Source: Chrysomallon squamiferum (taxonomy: Eukaryota > Animalia > Mollusca). From it: 64,000 nt of DNA. The stretch spans positions 1,550,001 through 1,614,000 of the forward strand of contig CM022666.1 in assembly GCA_012295275.1 (NCBI GenBank). Reading direction: 5' to 3'. Shown one piece after another: positions 55,853 to 64,000 of the stretch. Positions within the stretch are counted from its first letter, which is position 1; every line of letters starts with the position of its first letter. The notes under the pieces were generated by a model. It saw only the letters and a list, made by a program, of their open reading frames with translations, was not told where the DNA came from and ran no database searches. Made by a program: the position numbers and the translations under genes.

Positions 55853-56884
55853 CAGGCCATATGCTTAGGATGTTTCATATTTTAAATGCATAGAAATAGA
55901 ACTAGAAGAAATTTGTATATATAAAGATATAGATATTGTGTGCGTGTGTGTCACATAACATATTTCAGAAAAATGGTCTTTGTATGCGCAAATCAAAACC
56001 CGAGAATCGGCTAAAACGGGGATTATAATAAATTCATAAATTTTCAACCATCAGTTAATTAACTGATATCAAATTAGGATTTTTGTGACTCAGTTTTTGG
56101 AACATAGTTCTTTTGAGCCTGTTGAAGAGATGGTGATTTGTTATGTTCTTCAATGAGTGTGGTGTAAAGATGTGTGTGTCGGCTTTTAAGTACATTTTGA
56201 GTATCTAATGCTATTAAGTACTGCAGATAATTAAATCACATTAAAGGACAAATGTAGAAAAATAAAAATTAAAAACAAATGAAAAGAAATAAGAATTTTT
56301 ACTTTTTTGTTTTTTAATTAACATTTTTTAAAAAAATAATAATAATTCTAGTATCTTTTAAAAAATATAATACTATTTAGGAGAGGAATTAGAGATGGCA
56401 TAATCATATACTGGAAAAAGGTTCAAACATTTACTTTAACGATTTGATCATTTTAACAAGGATATCTTAACAGTTTCACCATCAGCCGTGTGCGTCAGTC
56501 ACTCTGTTTAATTGGTTTATTTATTAAATTCTAATTTTGACGATTAAACAGTTTAAACTAGTTCCACTGATCGTTTAAATAATTTAAAATCGCCTTAGTT
56601 CGCCTTGTCAGTTAAATTTCGTTTTTTTTTTTTTTTTTTTTTGTTTGTTTGTTTGTTTGTTGTTGTTGCTTTTGTTCGTTTGTTTTTTATGCTGTTTTTT
56701 TTGTTGTTGTTTTTTTGTTGTTGTTGCTTTTTTTTGCGGGGAGGATAACCAAAAGACAGTTTAAAATATTTGTGTTGATCGTATAAAAATTTTAAATTGA
56801 TTCTTGTCTGTTTAAAATATATCACTAATTTAAATTTCTTTTCTTTTTCTTTTTCTCTTTAACACCCCATTTTTTAAATTATTA

Positions 56885-56947
<63 letters not shown>

Positions 56948-57100
56948 TTTAAATATTTCCTTTGTGCATTTAATAAGCATAAAATTGTCTATTGTAAAAA
57001 AAATACTTGAACCGTCTAAAATTCTGTGTTTTAACATGGACAAAGTTCTTGGAGAAAACTAAAATGATATATATATATATAAATTATTTCACAGTTAATA

Positions 57101-57202
<102 letters not shown>

Positions 57203-57701
57203 GTTTTCATGTATAAAAGAACGTACGTACTTACGTACGAATGACTGAGTGAATATGTGTATGTGCGTAATATGCACGTGTGTGCATGTGTGTGCGTGCG
57301 TGTGCGTGTGCGTGTGTGTGTGTGCGTGTGTGTGTGTGTGTGCGCGGGTGTCTGTGTGTGTTTGTTTTTACATATGGTTATGCTTTAACTAAAATTATTT
57401 ATCAACTTAAGAAAATTGTGTTTGGAATTCCCTCTCATTTTATCATTCTCTCTTTCTATCTTGTGTGTTGTACTGACAAAGAGTAACTGAAAACTCCAGT
57501 TTGATCGTTTATGTTGGAAAGCAGTACAATTTATAATTTAATAATTTTTATATACTTAATAAATTATTTAATACAAATATTTAAAAAAAAAAAAAATCTT
57601 TATATGCGACTGACATTTAAAATTTTATTATTCTGAACTGTTAAACTCCAGAAACTAATATACGCTTAAGACTCTGAGTCTGTTTCATATTCCAACTAGT
57701 A

Positions 57702-57839
57702 TTATCCAAATAGTTTTCCGATGTTACATATTTGTGTATATATTTTCTTATCCACGTCCACGTCCATAGTGAAGACGTCGTCGTTGTCTTGTGTGTAGTA
57801 CTGACAAAGAGTCACTGCTGATGGAAACACAATAGACAT
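57702..57839 (-). pseudogene. Truncated copy (MSIVFPSAVTLCQYYTQDNDDVFTMDVDV + DKKIYTQICNIGKLFG*) abutting a plus-strand 3' region
   Basis: ATG at 57839; homology ends at ~57751, where orientation switches. Confidence 0.7.
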
Positions 57840-59024
57840 TATTACAGTAGCAGCTGATATGTTCAAGTGGAAAGGTTTTCGTGAACAAGCAAAGTGTCGT
57901 GTAAGCAAAATGTTTGTTACAGCAAGTGGAAGAGCTCTGAAAGGAATGAAGTCTCTCAGTGTCTGTGGTCTGTATTTATAGACATTTTGTCGATATCCAG
58001 ACAACGTGACTGGAAAACGTGAGTTTGACTCGTTTGAAAGACTGAACTAGAGAGCTGGCTGGGTCACGTTGTAAGAAAACAAAATAGAATTCTCCTCATT
58101 GAAGGCTTAATAAAACAAATACGGGTACATGGAATGCTGCTATTATTCTTGTTGTAATAATATTACTAATAATACTAGTACAGTTGTTACTACTGCAACT
58201 GTTGCTAATATTAAATGTTTATTCTATCGCCACTACATACATAGATACATGCATACAACCACATATACACACACATGTACACATTCATATGTGAACTGCA
58301 TACATACATATATACATTTCATGCATTAAGACACATACGAACAATACATACAAACATACATACATACACATATATATACTTAACGTAAATAAACATGCAC
58401 TTATATACAAAATAAATACACAAACAATACAGATATACATATACACAAACGTACGTACGTACATACATACATACATACATACATACATACATACATACAT
58501 ACATACATACATACAAGCATACATACACACTACATACATACATACATACATGCATACATACATACATACATACATACATACATACATACATACATACATA
58601 CATACATACATACATACATACATACATACATACATACATACATAGTTACATATATACAACGTATCCATAGATACACGCACACGTAGATACCAATACACGA
58701 ACGCACATATGTTTTATCTCCGATGAATATTATGGTGACCAATGGTGATAATTTTTTAGCAGCTGCCATTTGCGAAAAAGATCCAAAAAAAAAAAAAAAA
58801 TAAATAAAAAAAAATAAGCTCGACAAAAAAAACCCCGGTAACTAAGAAAGTCATATTTTTTAAAAGAGGAAGATAGATATAAGCATACAAACACACACAC
58901 ACACAGGCGCACACACACACACACGCACACGCACACGCACGCACACACATGCACACACATATTACGCACATACACATATTCACTCAATCATTCGTACGTA
59001 AGTACGTACGTTCTTTTATACATG

Positions 59025-59124
<100 letters not shown>

Positions 59125-59221
59125 TAACTGTGAAATAATTTATATATATATATATCATTTTAGTTTTCTCCAAGAACTTTGTCCATGTTAAAACACAGAA
59201 TTATATTAAATATAAAGTTCG

Positions 59222-59370
<149 letters not shown>

Positions 59371-59828
59371 TTAGTTTTCTTCGAGAACATTGCCCGTGTC
59401 TAAACAGAGAATTATACCAAATATATTTGATTTGTATCTATTAATTTAACATATAATATAACTCTCTGTTTTCGCGTCGATAAATTTCTCGAAGAAAACT
59501 AGAATTGTGACTTTCTAAAAAAAAAAAATTAAAATCAAAGTTCATTGACTAGGGTAAGCAAAAGGGAAGTCACTATTGATTTAATGACGTAGTCCATCGC
59601 TATAAAGCAGGCAGCAAATGGTGGGGAGTAACAAATGCATCCAAAATGTCGACCAACTGAATTCAGTCAGAGCAGGTGGACAGTTTATCGCTGTGACAAC
59701 AAACACGTCACTATTTGGGCTGCAGATCTTCAGTTTTAATCTTTTAAACGGTTCAAGTATTTTTTTACAATAGACAATTTTATGCTTATTAAATGCACAA
59801 AGGAAATATTTAATAATAATAATAATAA

Positions 59829-59859
<31 letters not shown>

Positions 59860-59948
59860 AAGAAGAAGAAAGAAGAAGGAGAGGAAGAATAAAAAAAATG
59901 GGGTGTTAAAATGCAAAAGAAGAAGAAAAAAAAAAAAAAAAGAAAAGA

Positions 59949-60130
59949 AGCAAGTGGAAGAGCTTTACAAGGAATGAAGTCTCTCAGTGTCTGTGGTCTG
60001 TATTTATAGACATTTTACTGACATCCGGACAGCGTGACGGGAAAACGTGAGTTTGACTCGTTTGAAAGACTGAACCAGAGAGCTGGTTGCGTCACGTTGG
60101 AAGAAAACAAGAAAAAAGATTTCGTCTTCC
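59949..60130 (-). pseudogene. Orphan promoter fragment (TATA, Inr, start of leader) with no ORF
   Basis: Matches the promoter reverse complement; breaks into a purine-rich tract at ~59949. Confidence 0.7.
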
Positions 60131-60161
60131 TCTCATTCTTATTCTTATAATTCTTCTTCTT

Positions 60162-60192
<31 letters not shown>

Positions 60193-60469
60193 TATTATTA
60201 TTATTATTATTATTTACGCTACCTGTACTGTTACTACTATTACTGCTGCTTCTGCTTCACCTTTTTCTACCTACTACTACTACTACTACTATTATAACTT
60301 CTATTACTACTACTGTTACATCACATACTAGTGCTACTGCTACTGTTACTACTACTTGTACTACAACTACTATTTGTATTGTATATTATGAATACTGCAG
60401 TATGTGAGTAATATAAAACAACAAAAAACCCAACAAAGAAAAACCAACAAACCAAAAAAAAAAAAAAAA

Positions 60470-60584
<115 letters not shown>

Positions 60585-60599
60585 CCTATGCCATATGTT

Positions 60600-62492
60600 A
60601 ATCTCAGCAGTATAAGAATTCAAAATAATAACATTTTAAATGTCGATGGCAAAACTGTTAAGATCTTTCTTAAACATTTGTATTAAATAATTTATTAAGT
60701 TTATGAAAATTACTAAAGTAAAGGTTTATAAAATCAGTCCTCTCAAATAATGTGATTATTAAAAATGTAATTGTAATGAATAATGTGTTAATTAGTCTCT
60801 TACGCACACAAAGAAAATGACGTTTCCTGAATTTCAACATAACACTCCTGTAGGTATTCTTCTACCTCAGGGAAGGTTTCGTGTATTTCTTACGAAGCTA
60901 ACTGTTAACAATAACCCATCTGGCGGAAGCTGGTTTTCTCTTGTATCTTGTTAACAGAAAAATACGCATCACTTTTATTTAATAATTATTAATATTACAA
61001 AGAAGGCAAAAACAAAACACGTCAGAATCGTACATTAGTTTCTCGAATTTAACAGTTCAGAATAATAAAATTTAACGAGATATTTTCCAGTTTCGGTATC
61101 CGGAGGAATAAGCGGCATTTGACGTTTGTGTTGACGTTTCTGTTGACGCTTGTGATGACGTTTCTGGATTTCGTACTACTGTGCCAGAGCTTTCCTCCAA
61201 ATTGTCTATATTCAGAATCTAAAGAGACTTGCCTTGTTTTAGTCTTCGATACTGAAGTCTCATCCAAAGAAAGAATCCACTAAATTTGTAGATACTTTAC
61301 GTACGTGCATTTAATATTTAAAATAATAACCTTTAAGTTATTTTGGTATTTTTCAGATGTAGCCAGATGGTGACAGGACTTTGTAATACTGTGACATGTG
61401 CCTTCCCGAGTGTTTATCTGTGTGCAGAATATGCATTCCAAAATACACAGACGTGTGAAACATCCATATAAATAAATCTGAAAATGTATCTGAATAAGGG
61501 AATTACTTTAAGTTTCTGAAACACTCTTTTCTTGCACTGATGTGTCATACGTATTTCTTTTCTCTGTTGTTATCATTACATTTTTAATAATTTATGAGAC
61601 CACATTGATTCTATTTTCACTTCAGCCATTCTGTCTAAACAAACCCACACTTTCCTACCGCAGGGAAGGTGTTCGTGTATTTCATACGACGCTAAGTGTT
61701 ACACCATAACACATCTGAGCGAAGTTTGTTTTCTGTTTTGTATCAAGTTTATAGAAAAATACGCATCACTTTTATTTAATAATCATTAATATTAAAATAT
61801 GTTTATGTGCTTTTACACGCTCCTTCACTGCGAAGTAGACACAAGTAAACTACGTCCTAAACATATATTAGTATCTGCAGTTTAACAGTTCAGAATAATA
61901 AAATGCTTGTGTTAAGTAATTTATTAGGTACGTAAAAATTATTAAATTATAAATTGTAATTACTGTGCTCCAACATAATCGTATTTTTAGTCTATCAAAC
62001 GACCAAATTCAAGTTTTCAGTTACTCTTTGTCAGTACAACACACAAGATAGAAGGAGAGAATGATAAAATGAGAGCGAAAGGCAAACACAGTTTTCTAAA
62101 GTTCATAAATAATTCTAGTTAAATCGTAAGCATATTAAAAATAAAGAAGAAGTATATGAGATTAAAATTAATTTATCAATATTAATTGTTCTAAACGAAT
62201 ACATTTACAACAGTATTTTATTTTTTTGTTCACGTTATTCAGTGTCAGTTTTGAACGTTTAGTTTCCATGTTAATATATATAAACACTTATGATTTCAGT
62301 GTTGTTTATTTTGGTCCATGAGCAAGATGGAATGTGGTTACAAAACTGGTGAAGAGCTTCAATGTGGAAACGTGACTCTGACTCGTTTGAAAGACTGAAC
62401 CAGACACCTGTCTGGGTCACGTTGCAAGAAAACAACGAAAAAGATTTCGTCTTCCACTCCTTCTTCTTCTTCTTCTTCTTCTTCTTCTTCTT

Positions 62493-62523
<31 letters not shown>

Positions 62524-62700
62524 TTATTATTATTATTATTGTTCTTGTTCTTGTTCTTGTTGTTATTACGGCTACTACAACTACGACTACAGGTGTTGCT
62601 GTTGCTGCTGCTACTACTCCTATTTGTAGTGTGTAATTTCATGATTGTAGTATGTGAATAATATCAAGAAAAAAAAAAAAAAAAAAAAAATTATAATATT
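60600..62700 (-). pseudogene. Diverged minus-strand type B sequence (deletion junction ~62366)
   Basis: gaagagcttcaatgtggaaacgtgactctgactcg is the reverse complement of the B junction; the antisense element is at ~62018-62048. Confidence 0.8.
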
Positions 62701-63646
62701 TTTAAAAAGTCACGTTGGTCAATGACACCGTGCTTTGTGTTTGTGTATCCCTGGAAATGAACTTTAGTCATTTTCCAACTGCAGAATTCAGACCAATAGC
62801 CGTATAATTAAATGTGTAATAATTCACGTTTAAGATGTCTGCTTTTAGACAACTTTACCTTTGTATTTTCATCTGCTTAATACAAATATTTCAAAAAGAA
62901 ACTGAGATAAGAAAATATATACACAAATATGTAACATCGGAAAACTATTTGGATAGTACTAGTTGGAATATGAAACAGACTCAGCTTCCAAAACTCATAT
63001 TAATTTCTAGAGTTTAAGAGTTCAGAATCATAAAATTTGAAATGACAGTCGCATATAAAGATTTAAATATATATATATATTTGTAATAAATAATTTATTA
63101 AGTATATAAAAATTATTAAATAATAAATTGTAATTACTTTGTTCCAACATAATCGTATTTTTAGTCTATCAAACGATCAAACTCAAGTTTTCAATTACTC
63201 TTTGTCAGTACAACACAAACGATAGAAAGAGTGAATGATAAAATGAGAGAGAAAGACAAACACAATTTTCTTAATTTGATAAATAATTCTAGTTAAATCA
63301 TAACCATATATAAAACAAACAAGGATGTGAGATTAATATTAATTTATTAATACTAATTGTTTTAAAAGAATACATTTACAACAGTATTTCTTTTCTTCAA
63401 TTTTTTCAATGTCAGATTACAACGTTCCGAGACCGTGTTAATATACAAATGGTTTTGTTTTCAGTGTTGTTTATTTTGGTCCAGTAGGAAGACGGAATTC
63501 GGGTACCAAATCGGTGAAGAGCTTCAATGTGGATTATACTTAGTCCCATATCTGAACTGTCCGAATGCAGTTGATGTTTGAATCGTGGCCTCCTGAATTT
63601 TGTCTGATGTAGTAGAACTACATTTACATGACAGCATGCAATTTCT

Positions 63647-63765
63647 ATGTTCTGTGGTTGAACAGATAATGTTCTGTAGTTGAACAGATAATGTTCTGTA
63701 GTTGAACAGATAATGTTCTGTAGTTGAACAGATAATGTTCTGTAGTTGAACAGATAATGTTGTTC
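63647..63765 (-). repeat. 22-bp minisatellite, ~5 near-perfect copies
   Basis: (gttgaacagataatgttctgta)n seen directly. Confidence 0.93.
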
Positions 63766-63806
63766 ATCATCTCTTTTGATCAGAGAGCCTGCTGAGAAGA
63801 AGAATT

Positions 63807-63995
63807 TCATTTTCTGTGTGAGTCTTCCTCCTGAATCCGAGATACTGGGAATATTTCCCTGTCAGCGACAGAGTGTTCCAAAAGATACAATCCTCTGCCG
63901 CTTTGAGGCATGTCCACGTCCATAGTGAAGACGTCGTCATTGTCTTGTGTGTTGTACAGACAAAGAGTCACTGCTGATGGAAACACGATAGACAT
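63807..63995 (-). CDS. Putative 62-aa micropeptide (MSIVFPSAVTLCLYNTQDNDDVFTMDVDMPQSGRGLYLLEHSVADREIFPVSRIQEEDSHRK)
   Basis: Intact frame; the promoter would lie beyond the window end. Confidence 0.55.
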   Translation of the reverse strand: MSIVFPSAVTLCLYNTQDNDDVFTMDVDMPQSGRGLYLLEHSVADREIFPVSRIQEEDSHRK

Positions 63996-64000
63996 TATTA

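Overview
AT-rich, microsatellite-dense animal (eukaryotic) genomic DNA; the taxon cannot be fixed from the sequence. Almost the whole window is built from one ancestral ~3 kb unit. Type A units carry an apparently intronless micro-gene: TATAAATA, a TCATTC initiator, a first-AUG 62-codon ORF (MSIVFPSAVTLCxYNTQDNDDVFTMDV...EEDSxRK), a 22-bp minisatellite and AATAAA. Type B units are homologous but have lost ~590 bp spanning the TATA box, ORF and minisatellite. Bases 1-32.9 kb are a head-to-tail array (A-A-A'-B-B-B-A'-B-B-B-B) with a ~12.2 kb higher-order repeat. After an inversion at ~32.94 kb and a 200-N gap, the rest is a scrambled, mostly minus-strand patchwork of full, truncated and inverted copies. 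I count 9 full-length ORF copies, about 7 truncated ones and 8 ORF-less B cores. The most striking unexplained signal is a 31-nt segment downstream in most units that is antisense to ORF codons ~8-18. It is best preserved (30/31) in the ORF-less B units, while the ORF's variable codons fall inside its target. I could not assign the peptide to a known family, and nothing here proves expression. Most other ORF-track entries are microsatellite or repeat artefacts.
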